A stretch of 64,000 nucleotides of DNA from Parasitella parasitica NRRL 2501 (taxonomy: Eukaryota; Fungi; Mucoromycota), in NCBI GenBank assembly GCA_025201805.1, contig MU619247.1:294482-358481 (forward strand), given 5' to 3'. The position numbers and the translations under genes were made by a program. Below the pieces are notes generated by a model. It was not told the DNA's origin and ran no database searches. It saw only the letters and a list, made by a program, of their open reading frames with translations. Positions 39,461 through 53,859 of the stretch are shown piece by piece; within the stretch, counting starts at the first letter, position 1; every line of letters starts with the position of its first letter.

Positions 39461-40773
39461 CTGTAAAAAAAATACTGTAATAAAGAGTTCTCGCTACATG
39501 TAGTATGTTTATCTTGAGGCGGTGGCAAATTTAGTTCGCGATATTCCTGTGATGATCATTCTCACAGCTATGCTACAATAGTGTAGCAGTGTACCCAAGG
39601 GTCTGATGAGGATGCCCTTTATTTTATTTGGTTTAAGCGTATTTTTCTCGGCAATGCTATAATATAAAGTTACTATCAATGATTTATCGACTTGACATAT
39701 TATTAAATAGAACGAAGTGTTCAGCTTAAAAAATCGCCTTTTTTTGGGATTTCGAATCTCCTAATTTGGTTGATTCAAGCTACTGTATTTCGCCTGACTT
39801 TCAACATGATTTACTCTATTGAAAGAGCTTTTATTTCGAATCAAAATACATGATCATTTATTTCACGCTTTGTTTCTTACTCACATAGTTTATTATAGTT
39901 TTCTAAAGCTTCTATATATTTTTAATTAGTTTTTGAAAATGAGATGATATACTTGATTTAACGCCGACTTCTCAAAAATCCGAAACTTGAATGGGAATTA
40001 AAAAAACCAAACAAGGCATTTATAAACTCTATTCCTCGCAGGATTGTGTTTACTTTGCTGTGTTCTTGTTAATATTATAGGATTATTGGCGACATTCAAC
40101 ATTGGATTCGATCCAGGAACGGTAACCGTGACAACAACGGAGTTGAAAATAAAGTTAACCAATGTGTTATATGAATACAAAACAATGAGGATGATAATGC
40201 ACAGTCTTTTCAATAGAGTCACCTTAAACTTATTGTAAATCAAATTAATCAATTAGTTTTTATGACGATTCAAATTACATGGTGTTTCGTTATGCATAAA
40301 GCATCTGAATTGATATAAATAAGCCCAGATTATAGCAGATGTTGGAGTTTTAGTAAGAGTATCAATCTATTATAATCTTTATATTATCTTTTTCATTGTA
40401 GGAAAGTGGATTTTAGCATTTTAAGAGGTCCCTGTAGTATGAATATGGCGTAGATGCCAAACCATTTCATAAAGGCTGTCATTATTGTATCTAAATATAT
40501 CTAGCATCTATGTCCATCATAATACGTAATAGAGGGTATAAATCGAGTGCCATGATGTTAGATTTTACATTGCTCAGGTCAATTAGGATTATCATATTTC
40601 GAAAGAATACAAAATGACAATTAAGCGTCATAGGAGTTTCAATCAAGATGGCATCAGTGAGAAGACTACAATGTAAAATATCTTTTTAGAAAACTTTACT
40701 TGGTTGCTGCTTTACAAAATAAAAAGGAAGTAAATAATTATTTTTGGGGTTTCTTTCTTTATCCTAATCATAA

Positions 40774-42279
40774 ATGGTACCGATTGATCAATCATCAGCC
40801 ATGCTCAATCAATTGGATGGCCAAGGGTATTATAAGTAAGTTTTTTTCTCGTCTATTTACGGCATTAATGCTGATCAAGTTTCTTCTAAAAGCAGTGAGA
40901 TGTACGGTCAATTATCTGTAAACATTGAGCAGCAACAGCAACAGCAGCAGCAGCAAACGCCAACACTAACAGCACATCATCCCCATCACTTGGACACATC
41001 ATCTTTCCGTACAGTTTATCTAGGAAACGTATCAAGTGATTTATCAGTTTCTAGTATCATAGACCATGTTAAGACTGGACCAATTCAAGCAATCCGACTT
41101 TTACCCGATAAAAATGGAGTTTTTATAACTTTTATAGATTCGTATGCGGCTAGTCTATTCTATCATGAAGCTCAAAGAAGTCGACTGAATATACACGGAA
41201 TTGAATTAAAAATTGGGTGGGGCAAGCCAAGCCAGTTAAATCCACATTTGCAATGGGCAATACAAAATGGTGCCTCTCGTAATGTGTATTTGGGCCTCCT
41301 GGATGAATCAGTACAAGAGCAAGATTTAAGAGATGATTTATCGAAATTTGGTCATATTGAGCACATCAAGATTATTCCCGAGAAATGCATTGCATTTGTT
41401 CACTACCTTTGCATATCAAATGCTGTCAAGTGCGTCAATACGTTAGCCGCTGAACCAAAATGGGCATCCAAGCGTGTCAATTTTGGCAAAGACAGATGTG
41501 CTTCTCACACTATACATGCACCTGTATACCAACATCCTATATTTTGCGCAGCGCAATCCCCTCAATCCCCTCTAGCATCATCAGTGTCACCGCCAGCCTA
41601 TGTTTCGCCTCAATTCGACCTGCTTACCGGGCTACCTGTTATGTACACCCATGCTATGGATCACAATCTCAGTGGTGTTTCGAATAGAACAATATACCTT
41701 GGTAACATTCATCCCGACACCACCGTTGAAGACATCTGCAATGTGATTCGAGATGGTATTTTATCTCAAATTCGACTTCTGCCAGACAAACATATAGCGT
41801 TTATCACATTTGTTGATCCTCGAGTTGCGTCTGATTTTATGAATCAGGCTTTGAATCAGTGTATTGTTATCAAAAATAGACGTCTTAAAGTTGGATGGGG
41901 TAAACCAGGCGCGTTGCCTGCGAGTGTGATTCATGCAGTCCAGAACGGCGGATCGCGGAATGTGTACATTGGCAATATTGACGATACCATCACTGAAGAA
42001 AAGCTGAAGCACGACTTCTCGGAATATGGCGATATCGAGCTGGTAAACACGTTAAGAGAAAAGAACTGCGCATTTGTCAATTTTACTAGCATTGCTGGAG
42101 CTGTTAGAGCGATTGATGGAATTAGAACTAAAGAGGAATACAAGAAATTTCGTATAAACTATGGGAAAGACAGGTGTGGAAAAGCCTCCAGATCACGACA
42201 ATCATTTACAAAGCCCAACATAAACACAAATACTGAAACTCAAGCACAAACATTGCCAATGTCACAGAATCAAATTTAA
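40774..42279 (+). CDS. Four-RRM RNA-binding protein of the Nrd1 (S. pombe) / Mrn1 family
   Basis: RTVYLGN...LKIGWGK, GASRNVYLG...VNFGKDRC, and a second pair RTIYLGN...LKVGWGK, GSRNVYIGN...INYGKDRC. A probable first exon at 40774-40826 splices in frame. Confidence 0.9.
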
Positions 42280-42333
42280 CTTTATAAAATACAGTAATAA
42301 TATTAATTCTACTGTATATTTGATATACACATC

Positions 42334-44310
42334 TCAATATCTTCTAGTTAACTTGATCTTCAACGACTCAGGGCCTAATAAACCAATACCTCCGCCGTTC
42401 GCATTCTTCAAACCATGTCGATGTTCGCTGTTTGGAGCCAATGTCCATGTGTATCTTTTCAACATCATAGCTTGGACAACTCTTTGTTCAGACAAACTAA
42501 AGTTTTGACCAATACATGTACGAGGACCATACCCAAAGGGCATCCAGATGGCATCTTTACGATAGTTGGTGCTCTTTTTGTCGAATCGATCTGGGTTGAA
42601 TTCTTCAGGATTGTCCCAATACTTTGTGATGTGATGTACGCTGTATAGTTCCTAATACACAGAATTAAGTATCTTGTAAATGAGCATTATACAGCGAGAA
42701 GCAGATCTTACAATCGAAATACGTGTTTCTTTGGGCACAAAAAAGCCTCCTAGATTTGTATCCTTAGTAACAACGCGGGGTAGATTTCCGGACGTCGGTG
42801 GGTTGATTCTCATGGTTTCATGAATACAATTGTCTAAATATTCCATCTGCTTCAGTTCTTCTCTCGTTGGAATGATATCTTCTGGAGAATCACCCAAGAC
42901 ATGGAGCACCTCTTGTCGGGCTCTCTCCTGGATTTCAGGATTAGCAGCAAGGTAGTACAAGAAGGAAGCAGTTGCACTGGCGGTTGTCTCATGTCCTAGC
43001 AAGACAATGAATAAATGGATTATATACGTCAAATGATGCCATTTGATATTTACCTGCAACAAAGAATACGGCGAGATTAGAAACTAGCTCTCCGTCAGTC
43101 AGGTATGAATTGTTGGGTACATGACCATCTTCTGCAGCCATAATCATCAAAGTGAGCAAGTCAGGCTCGTCAGCACCACTCGAGTTCAAATCATTAGATA
43201 AAACTAGGTGATTGTCACGAATTTTACGCTTTCGATCAATAATAATGTCTGATAATATTTTGCGTAGATTTTCATTTGCTTTACGAGCTCTGTTACGATA
43301 AGGTATGTACTTGGATGGAATGCGAGTGTATGCAGGGAATAAATAAACAAGCGGATCCCTCACTATACCTACAATACAAAGATGTAAGGATTTTTTTTGT
43401 TTTTGCTTTGTTCTTGTATTGTTGTATGCCTTACTAAAGGCTTCTTTGTATAAAGTTGCATAAGGTGAGGCTGGATCCGTTACGGCTTCCATATCAAAAT
43501 TCTATGCAAATGCATAATGAATATCTCATTCTGCCACGAGCATGTATTACGAACTTACGAAAATACCAAGACCAAGACAATCGAGAGCGTATCTGTATTA
43601 TACAATCAATATTGCTTATTAAGGATCCATTATTGACACCACCTGCATACCTTCTCATATAGTCAGCCATGTCGATAATGTCTCCATTTTCCTGTTTATC
43701 CATAGACGCAAACATGTGCTTTGTGATCTGGCCAAAGACTTCGACTGGCATGGCTCTATGAAATACTGGGTTTGCCACGCTGCGTTGCCTTTTCCAATCT
43801 TGACCATTGGCGTTTCCCATGTTGGGCTCTTGGTTTGTCAAGATGAGATCCTATTTTTTTTTCAAAGCTATTAGCTATGTGATATAATGGCTGTATCTAG
43901 ATTCTTACAGGGTCCATTGAAATCTTTTCTTTAGGGTATGTATATACATCTTTCAATAGCATTTGCAGTAGGATTGGGTCACCCACTGTCAAAGTCCATC
44001 TGCCAAGGATATATTTCAAGCAAAGGCCATGTTGATTGATTGTAGGCAGCATGAGTTTTTTCATACGAACATCATGGCTCTCGCCCTTAAGAATGCTCCA
44101 GAACCAAGGCAGCGAGTTGACTTTTGGAATATGAGCCAAATGTTTGGGAACTACAAACACCCGCCAAAATGACTTGACGACATATGAAGTGCCCAGGAGA
44201 GATAGAGTGAGACTCCAATAGAGCTTTTTTTTATCTGCAGCTGGCACCAAGCTGGACAGTTTTATGGAATCAGTGATAGAACTAAAGTTGAAAGAAGAAG
44301 AAGAAATCAT
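42334..44310 (-). CDS. Cytochrome P450, multi-exon
   Basis: WKRQR, FFVAGHETTA (I-helix, split by an intron), ETMR (ExxR), PDRF and PFGYGPRTCIG heme motif. Confidence 0.95.
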
Positions 44311-44469
44311 GTTTGATTATGCCGAGTTGGGTTCAGCACACTTTCAATTCTTTCTTCTTTTTTTTTTTTTATATATATACGTTTAAAAATGTCCATTTAT
44401 TGTTGACCAAATATGGTCAAAGACCGAGAATAATGCTGCGCGGATTCCCCATTTGCTTGGGTGCTTTAT

Positions 44470-46065
44470 TTATACAGTGTTATCGTAATGAGCTACTCGT
44501 GGTTCAAGCTCCAAACTTCTCTCGTACAAAAAGTCAACATCTCGGCTTGTTTCCAACTGGAAGTTGATGTAGTCTTGGATTTCAGGTACAATTTGAAAAG
44601 TGTAAGGCGGCGACTGGAACTGTTTGATCTCGCGGATGACCTCTGCAGCCTTTTGCTGTTTAGCAAAATTGATCAAGGTACTTGATTTCTTTAAAAGGTC
44701 GGGATTTCCGTCTTCAATGAACGTTAGGTCCTGTAAATAGATGCCCAGAAATGGGATGCAGGGTGGGTTCACAGAGTGAATCATTTCACGATACTCTGTA
44801 AAATTGCGATTTGAGCCCATAAGTTTTCTGATATGGGCGAGCGATTGGCTAGTGCGACTACTGACAAGCTCCCAGGTCTTTTTCAATCTACCAATGGCGC
44901 TGTTGTCAAACGCAGAAAGAATTGCCATACAAGTATTGTAGTTTTGCATCTCCAGACAGCGCTATTTGATTGTTTTAGTCTGGTGGTCATATACATGTAC
45001 AAACATTCCAACCTACATTTGCAACTTGCGACCAATGCTTGATGACCACAACGCGCTTCTTGGCTTCTTTGTTGCTCAAAATGCTTCCAGTAACCCAGGA
45101 TGTCAGACGATTGCAGTAGTCGATGGATAGCTTTACATTCGCTGCATTGTCTGCGTAGTCTCTTGACCATGCTTTTCCTAAACATTCGATAGGCTGGATG
45201 CTACTGTACAGCTTGAAATCCATGATAGTCAGTTGCCGAGCCAGCTCGAGAGGATCAGTGTCTAGCAGACGTATATGCTGCATGTTTTTTGGTATAATGG
45301 GCATGGGTCCATACATTGCATTTGGGATCAGTTTTTTCAAACCGCCGCCATTTGCATCTAATTCTCGTCTCTTTTTAATCAGCCGGTTCAATTGCTCTGC
45401 AGAAAATGAAGATGAATCGCAGATGACTGTATTCGCAAAGAACTGTAGCTTGTCTAGAATGAATTCGTCTTCATTATTATAGTAGTTTTCCAGCCAGTTT
45501 TTCATAACGTTGAATACACTATAAAAATGCATGTAGGTGATCAGTATCTTTTTTTTTTCCTCTTCAGAGGGGAGAATCTGTTACCGAAGACGAACAAGCT
45601 TTTGCTTTCTTTCTGTCCAAATCTCCAGTTCGTCAGGCGTCAGCTCTGCTGGTGGTGCCAAATTGTAGCGCTCTTGCAACAAATCCACGAATTCTTCTGT
45701 TGTACAGAATGATCTGTATGTCAATAAGAAATTGGCGATAAAACTCATGTCTATGGCACAGTTACAGTAGTTAGTATTTCTGTTTTCAGCGCTCATCGCA
45801 TTGTACTGTTACCAATAAAATCATGAAGCGTCAGGCGCTCAACAAGTGCTCGAAGTGTGCCGCCTTTAACGGCCTTGTCTTGAGTGAATTCAATATCACT
45901 TTCGGCATAGTCATAGCCCAAATACCAAAGTTCCGATTCATCCTGAGAATTACCACCATGGCCAAAGCTGAACTGCCGTTTCAAAGCCTTGTGGTCAGAG
46001 GGTCGAGTCAAGCTAGATGTTGAGACGTTTGATGAGCTAATAGATGGTCTGTATGACGAAGCTAT

Positions 46066-46097
<32 letters not shown>

Positions 46098-48492
46098 CAG
46101 ATAGTTGTGATCCAGATTGGCTATTTTTTCTATTATACAATCGAGAGAATATCGGTGCGCTTGACGTTTCTAAGGAAATGCTGCTTTCGGTCGATGCAGT
46201 CTCATTATTGCTGACGCTTTCACGATGTGCCATGCTGCTATTTTTTTTGTTGTCTATTTCAAAGTATGATTGCACCGGTGATCGTGGGACCTGCTCATTG
46301 TTCCTCACATCGCCATTTCGCATCAACCAGATCTTTCTCTCGCCCACCATCTGCACGATATTTGAAAATATAGTTTCAATTGCTTCTTCTATGGCCGCCA
46401 CGTATTCTTCTATCGCAGCAATGCTGGCTGCCAGGTTATTCCGAGTATCTGTCAACGTCTGAACCGCGCTGAACAACAAACCAACGGAATTGTATAGCTT
46501 TTGTTTCATATTACGAAATTCGGGCAATGATTGGCTTTTTGTTGCATCAGCATGACTAATGTCTATGTCTTTGAGGATAGCAAGGTAACTCCCAGTCTGT
46601 GATGATAGATTTTGAAATAATATGATGACGTTTGATCTTGTTTTCTGATTCAAAAGATGGAGCTTCTCTTCATTCGATGGTAAATCGCTCGTTTCAACGA
46701 CGCCGCCTTGCTGCTTTTCCAGTGTATGCGTATATGCCGATGCTTTCCATAGTGCATTCGTAGAGCCGAGAATCTGCTTGGCATGGGTTTGAAGACTGAC
46801 GATTAAATCCTGATTCAGGGGATATTTGCCTTTGGTCTGTTGTGGAGTAGCAAAAGAAGGCAAGCTGCTTTTTCCTCCTCCTTCTCCTCCCTCTGCATTG
46901 AAAGGGTGGTCAAGTACAACAAACTTGGGACTGGTATGCTCGATCCTGACATTCTTACTCTGACAAACCAGGATAAATCTTCGGACAGCGTTCAGTACAT
47001 CAGTCGCATCTCGTTGCACTCTACTCAGAATTTCGTTATTTGGCTCATTGACCACTTTGGCAGACAAAATCAACTTGGCCAACGTCGATAAAACAATGCG
47101 CAAAGGCTCTCTCGCTTCGAAATCTTGCAAGTGGGGAGCGTCTCTATCCATGGAATGAGACGAATACAACATATGTCGAACGGCGTCTACCACAACTACA
47201 ACTTTCTGCTTGAAAATATCAGAATCTTGGGCTTGTACGATAGAGTTGTTGAGGTCCTGCACTGACTGGGCGATTTCTATAGCGATAGTCTTCCATGTCA
47301 TTGGCATGTCATCATCGGCATCGTCCGTACATGAAGAGGCTTCCTTTTGCTCTTTTTCCTCGACCACATCCTCTGCTTCAGAATTCCGACGTTTCTAGAT
47401 ATACACACGCTTGAGAGCCATGTATAATTCCATGTCAAATTTGCGCAGTACTTACCAATTGGCCGGTAGCTGGGTTGATATCATCAAAATCCCAGGTCGT
47501 TTCATGAGTGATTGAATTGCCATAGTACACTTTTCCCTGAGGCGTGGTTCGTCTTGTCCAGAATTGCATCAACTATTATGTATAGAACAGTTTTTAGTCC
47601 AAGCCTTTTCATGTACCGTGACTAGAGCACTTTTTTTTTTTTTTTTTTTTTTTACATTTACATGTTGCTCTCCGGAAGAAATGGGAGATTCAGGTAAATG
47701 AATGGCTGGTATATTGCTCCTTGTCTTTTGCTTCCCAAAGACGCTGTAGTCATCGAAATTCTCCAACTGAGTTGTGGAATATCGATTGGGGTTTCGAGGG
47801 GGCGGCAAGGAGATGGAAGAGTGTGCATCATTACTGCTGTGTTCATGTTCGTCATCAGAATCCAAAAGACTGGGATGGTTCCATCGTAAACCACCTGTGT
47901 GTTGATTAAAGTAAAATTTGGTAATGCCATCGTCAGCTATTTGAAGGGTCCATCCTTCGGGTAAACTCGTTTCCTGCTCTTCGTGTTGCTGTTGTCGGAC
48001 AGGCCTCTGCAAATAGGGCGCTGTAGAGGGGCTGTTGCTCATGTACGGGCTATTCCTGGGCTGCTGCGAATATCGATGCTGAGGGGTAGTCGTCGGTAAG
48101 CTGTTGGCTGGATGCTGGCCCAAGTTCATGCTTTTGATTAGGCTTATCGTCCTGGCCTCTTCTTGGCTATCATCGTCGCTGTCGTAGTCGTCTTCGTTGT
48201 CAGCATAAACATCAGTGTCAATGTCGCTGACATCGGTTGAAGGGTTGCATTGATTTGCAAGCGATCTATTGCTTCTGGAATGAGCCAGATCGACAATTTG
48301 AACATAGTTGCTTGGGAACCAACCTCGACTACCTTTGCACCAGCCATCCCACCAGCCTGAGTCCAATTGCGAAAGAACCTCGATGAATTCGCCCTTTTCA
48401 AAAGACAGCGATGACTTTTCTGACGATGAAAAAGCGTACAACGCCTTGACTCTGCAGATAATCTTTGGGAAATTCGCAGTGGTGCTGGCCAT
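44470..48492 (-). CDS. Ras guanine-nucleotide exchange factor, Cdc25-like (SH3, two WW, RasGEF_N, RasGEF)
   Basis: SH3 ALYAF...GWWDG...GWFPSNYV; WW domains LPEGWT...YFNQHTG and WTRRTTPQGKVYYGN...TTW; GGTLRALVERLT, FLLTYRSF, LARQLT, PCIPFLGIYLQDLTFIEDGN. Confidence 0.93.
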
Positions 48493-48983
48493 TTTTTTTT
48501 TATTTTTTTATTTTTTTTTTGTAAATGTGAAGAGAAAGTTGAGCAAATGGAAGAAGTGCTAAAATAATTTTTTGTAAATCGTAACCAAAAAGGAATACAA
48601 AAACCATAATAATAATCGCTTCTTGGATTATTTCAGTTTCTGGCCTCATGTCATTTTTGATTTGCTCAATACGCACCCAATCAGACATACTCTTATGCCA
48701 TGACAAATAACTCAAATCGACTTTACTTGCATAGTAGTCTTGTACAAGCTAGCAGGATACAACCTAACAGCATGCATCCTAAACGCATTGTTGCGAAGAA
48801 CGTGGCAGCAGCAGGGTGATGCTTGAAAGTCCGCGCTCCATTGCTCCCAACTGTCAATGTAATAATACTCAAGGGGTATGTATTTGGATAAACATTTTAT
48901 ATGATCAAGTTACACTCGATGGATCATCTCCGATTTTTTTTTTTTTTTTTTTTTTTTAAAACAATATTATATAGTACGATTTT

Positions 48984-51900
48984 TTATATCATTATTAAGC
49001 TCGGTAAGCATTTTGAGGGTATGACAAGGTCGAATTTACCTACAAGCGAACGCAGTGTTATTTATCATAAGCAGAAATATATACAACGAGAAAGTTGACT
49101 TACCTGGTATTGCTACAAAGTAATCACACACTTCTCTGCAAAACCTGATTCTATACTGGTCTGGAGGGACCACAGTAACTTCTTTTCTTGGCTGCAAGGT
49201 TGATTTGCTTTTCGACTCCAATTTCTTATACCAGGTGTACGCACCAATGAAATCTAAAAGCCATACATTTACTTAGGAGGCAGATAAAATCATGCCATTT
49301 TACGTATTTACCAACGATGCCTACAGTCATCTCACAGTTGTTGTCATCGATGCCTACTAGTAATGAGTAGTCCATGATGTTGCATTTGTACAGGAATTCA
49401 GTGTCGTTGATTATCGCCAGCTCTATAATGGATTTAGACTGTTCATGTACAGGCAATCTGGTTCGATATTCTGCCATTTATTTAGTTATCGCTCTGATAT
49501 AATATACAACATGCCCTGGTTCAGTGTTACCATTCAACCAATCTCCGTCCCACAGTGTGGTATCGTGTTGCTGTTTGCGGAACTCGTCCACATGTCGATC
49601 CTGTATTCCTTTGAAATCAAACCTCTGCGTGCAACAAACATTTGTGGATGAGTGTATACGAATTGAATGGCGATGCATATTTATACCTTGTAAATGCTTT
49701 GATTGAAAAACAAATGCTCCATGACAAGCACATCTAGATTCAAGATTGATTTTTTATCAGCGGCGTTCTTGATTCGGATGGTAAAAAACCCAAATATCTT
49801 TGCCAATACAGACGGTTCCTGGTTATTTTTACATGGCGTGAGTTTTTTCGTAGACATCTCCATAAATAGTACTAGTGCCTTACATTACAAGATTTCTTTA
49901 CATGGTCAAAGTATTTAGGCGCAAACTTGAGAAATGCATCTTTTTCGGCCACATTCCACGCATTCATCATCTCTTTTATGACAAACCGGTCATCTATACA
50001 CACCCAAACTCAATGCCAGTATCTGTCCAGAAAAGAGCAGCATCCTTACCTTGCGTCTTGTAAAAGTGGCTCTTGCTTTTCCCTCCACTCGCCGTCCATG
50101 TTTGACATCGACATAGCGATTCTATCATCAATTGATTGATGTTGCACTGCCTACGAAGTGCTTCAAACTCCTTGGCGTAATAGATTATGCATGTAAATTC
50201 CACGCCTTTATGAACGAATTCTACTCGTGTAGAGATAAGCATATGATCTAGCCGAAACCACCATATATATATATAAAAAAAAAAAAACCTACTATGCTTA
50301 ATATGCGGACTGATGGTCTTTTTGCCATTGAATAGTGGCTGATCTTTGCTTTCGTAAAAGTAAGATGCTACCTTGACTTCTTTGGTCTCCTCTTGTTGTT
50401 GAATTGCGGCAAGAGGCTCTAATGTGCGCTCTGTCAGATTTCGCTTCAAATCAGCACCTTCTACTTTGTTTTCCTCCTGCTTTTTGGTCCAAGGCGAGAG
50501 CCGTGCCTTTAAATCCTCAAGGCGCTTTGAATTATTGATACTCACTTCTTCAACGCTTGATTTGACTACTTCTGTAATCATGGTACGGAACGATGCCGTT
50601 TCAGACGTTGCTCCTGTGGATGGCGATATATATTTACGCTCAATTGATGAATAATAGCCATCAATAACGTTGGGCAGCTGTGGCAGTTTCTTCTTTGCTG
50701 AATTGGGTATATGGTCGCTTGCAGGTCTGTTTGACTCTGCTGTACTTGTCGATGATAAGCTGGGGATCGAGGGGTGTTTGCCGCTGGACATGGTAGAGTG
50801 ATTTCTGTAGTCTGTGCCTTCATCGTGCAGTATCTCTTGAATGTATTCGTTTGAGCTTAAAGTGTAGGCAATAATAGACGTGGGCTCATCCTCTCTCACA
50901 AGTACAGACGAGCCTGGAAAGCAATGCACTGATTTCAGAGAGATGTAATCAGGACTGTGCCAGCCACATGCATCGGTTACTTCGTCGCATTTAGACTCTT
51001 GCCATTCTGTCAAATACTGAATGATAGATTCAGACTGTATTGCAAAATACCTTCTGAAATCATTGAGTTCGTTCAGGCTGGTGTCTGATAACGCAGACAG
51101 CATGGCCTGATGATCTGTGTCCAATCTCTTGCTCAATGCTCTGATTTCTGAATCAAGAGCTTTAGCCTCTGACTGCAGCTGCAGCTTTGCTCCCGGCGAA
51201 TCGTCTCCAAGACTGCGTATCTTTCTCCTGCTTTCTGCAATAGTGTAGTGGTTCAATAAGTCCAAATGTGCACGAATGGACTGGAAGAATAAATCAACAT
51301 CGCACTCTGCGCTTTTATGCTTCCACTCGATCAGTGTTGTAACGCCCAGTCTTGGCGCAGCAAACGCAATTTTATCGTTGGGCAGTGTTTCGGGGGAAAT
51401 TTGGATGCGAGGCACCCGCAGTTCGTAAAACTTTGCATCTTCGCATGTAAACCTGAACACAATGCCATTATAAAGAAAGCATCGGCTGATCCTCGACCCA
51501 ACACAGTTTCCAGCAGTCTTACTTGTCGTGTGGATGCAAAATGGCTCTGGCGATGCTAGTTTCGAGCTATAAAACACAAGCTCCAGGTACTTTGCAAACG
51601 AAAAACAAGCTGCTTCGTCACTGAGCACAATAGGTGTCGTATTGGTATCGCACACATTGCACACAAGCCAAGAGAGAATCCTGTCTCTGTTCTGTTCGGT
51701 GCTGCTAGATTCGACGCTGGCGTAGACATTGATTCGACTGATGCCATGCGTAAAGCTAAAAACATGGTTGATCAATGGCTGCTGGCATCCATGAAATTTG
51801 CTGCATTGTCGATTGTTTAGCTGCGTCGATGATTTGGATGAAGACAGAAGAGGCGTTGCTAACGTATATGAGGACGACTCTGATGACTTTTCCTGAGTTG

Positions 51901-53096
51901 GGGCATCTGGTATTGGACTTGCAGCCGTATCAGATAATAAACCAGGTATAACTAGCACTTGCTCATCAATGTGAAGCTGACATGAAGATTGGCTTTGGTC
52001 GCACCAATGACGGATTGTGTGCCCTAATGACTGATCAATGTTTGGGAATATGGGTGTGGCACTATTAGCTGGTGATTCGTATTGAAAATATTCAATTTTA
52101 CTCATGAGGGGTCCCAAACAGGGACGATCAGGGCATCCAATGGGATAGCAGGTAAAGCCGATTGTGATACTTTGGTGCTGCTTGAAGCTATTCAGCGACG
52201 TCGTATCCAGTAGTAGATGCTGTAGCCCCTTTCTGCTGTCAGCTAATAGTGTCGGTATTCGTATTGAAGAGTATGCAGTGATTGATTGCGGAAGTTGAAC
52301 CTCAGGGACAAAAATTGTCCTCTTGATGGGGTGAGACAATGACGACAAGAGTGAGGATCTTCGTCTTGATTGTTGTCTGAGCGATGTTTTTGCGCTATCC
52401 GTTGCTGGTGCAGGGACTTCTTCCTTTATCATAAGCATCCTTTTCTGCTCAATCATCATGTCCTCTTCTGCTTCAAGTCGATTGAGTAGATTTGGGTATG
52501 GAAAATGGCATTCAGGGGACGACGAGATTAATGCATATTCAATTTTCTTTTTCAATTTACAAAACCTGTGAGGGTCGTTTTCCTTGATTGGATCAAACTC
52601 GAGCTGCTGCTGATCTGCTGTACCTGAAGCTGCTGCTGCTGCTGCAGTTGATTGTTGTAGTCTTTTACTAAGGTTATCCAGCGACAATCCTCGCTTTACA
52701 GTACTCAGCGGACTACTCTTTCTTTTGGCCGTTTTTTCGCTGTCAACCGATGGTGGCGGCGTTGGAGGTAGATGTCTTGCTGTCGTTGCCAGTTTTCGAA
52801 ACCATCCAAACAGTCCGTTGGGATCACAGTTTTTCTCGATTTGATCTAATTTAGCTTTCGTTATACTTTCTGCAGCAACACCCGTTTCAGCAGCTATATT
52901 GGTAGTTGACATGACCGATTTCACATGACTATCTCGCATCACATAAGTTTCTAAATAGAGGCTGTAGATCAAGTAGACAAGGCTCTGTACCAAACCCACT
53001 ATAGTTGCTGTGAAAGTTTCATCCTTTGCATTCAACCCATAAATACGAATAGTTCCCCCAATTGGAAAATACATCGAATGCATGCCTGAATTTTAC

Positions 53097-53127
<31 letters not shown>

Positions 53128-53528
53128 TTGTAGCAGATGCATGCAGCATAGCATAAACAGGCTTTGTTACCATTGCTGATAGGCGCTCCATGCATAACAT
53201 TCGCAAGGAACTTGGAGTCCTTTGGTGTATTCACAAAGAGCGTTTCTATGTGGATTTGCTTATTCTCCCCGGTACTATTCAACGACTTTTGAAATAGATC
53301 AATTGATACCCTGTTCAGCACATCAGCCCAGGGTTTGAAAGGGATTTTTAAATCGTTTAGCCAAGCGTATACTAATTTTGAAATATGGCTTCGTGAAGTT
53401 TCATCGACGATCAAACGTGTCGGCGTTGTTGGTAATGGTTTTACCGGTAAGGGCTTCAAAATCCGCTTTTCAGTTGTTGCTGCGGGTTCCTCTCTTGTAG
53501 CCAACAAAACAGCTTTGAGACTCTTCAT
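48984..53528 (-). CDS. Fab1/PIKfyve-like phosphoinositide kinase lacking the FYVE domain, multi-exon
   Basis: Cys/His-rich Fab1 region (FSFAKYLEL), VREDEPTSIIAYTLSS, and kinase motifs SGGKS, DRFVIK, LAKIFG, DFKG, NDTEFL, IMDYSLLVGID, IVDFI, YRIRF. Confidence 0.88.
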
Positions 53529-53859
53529 GATGAGGTTGGTATAAAGCGAAAAGAAAAGAAGAGAAGATTATATTCAACAGAAAAGGGAGAGACAAAAGCT
53601 TTATTTTTTTTTGGGGTTCTACAAATTTCAAATTCGTCACCAGGTGATACGTGCATTTCTAAACAGATATCGAGATTTGCACTGTCGAGTTTGACCGTAG
53701 TTGTTAAAGGTCATTTTAGAAAACAAGACTGGATTTCCAACTAGCTGAACAAGTGTCCACAACAAATATCAAATGCATCAATTTTGTCTCTATTTCATAA
53801 AAAAAAAAGTTGTTGTGGATGTACTCCAGGTTAAAAACATTTGGTAGCCTACAAAGCAA

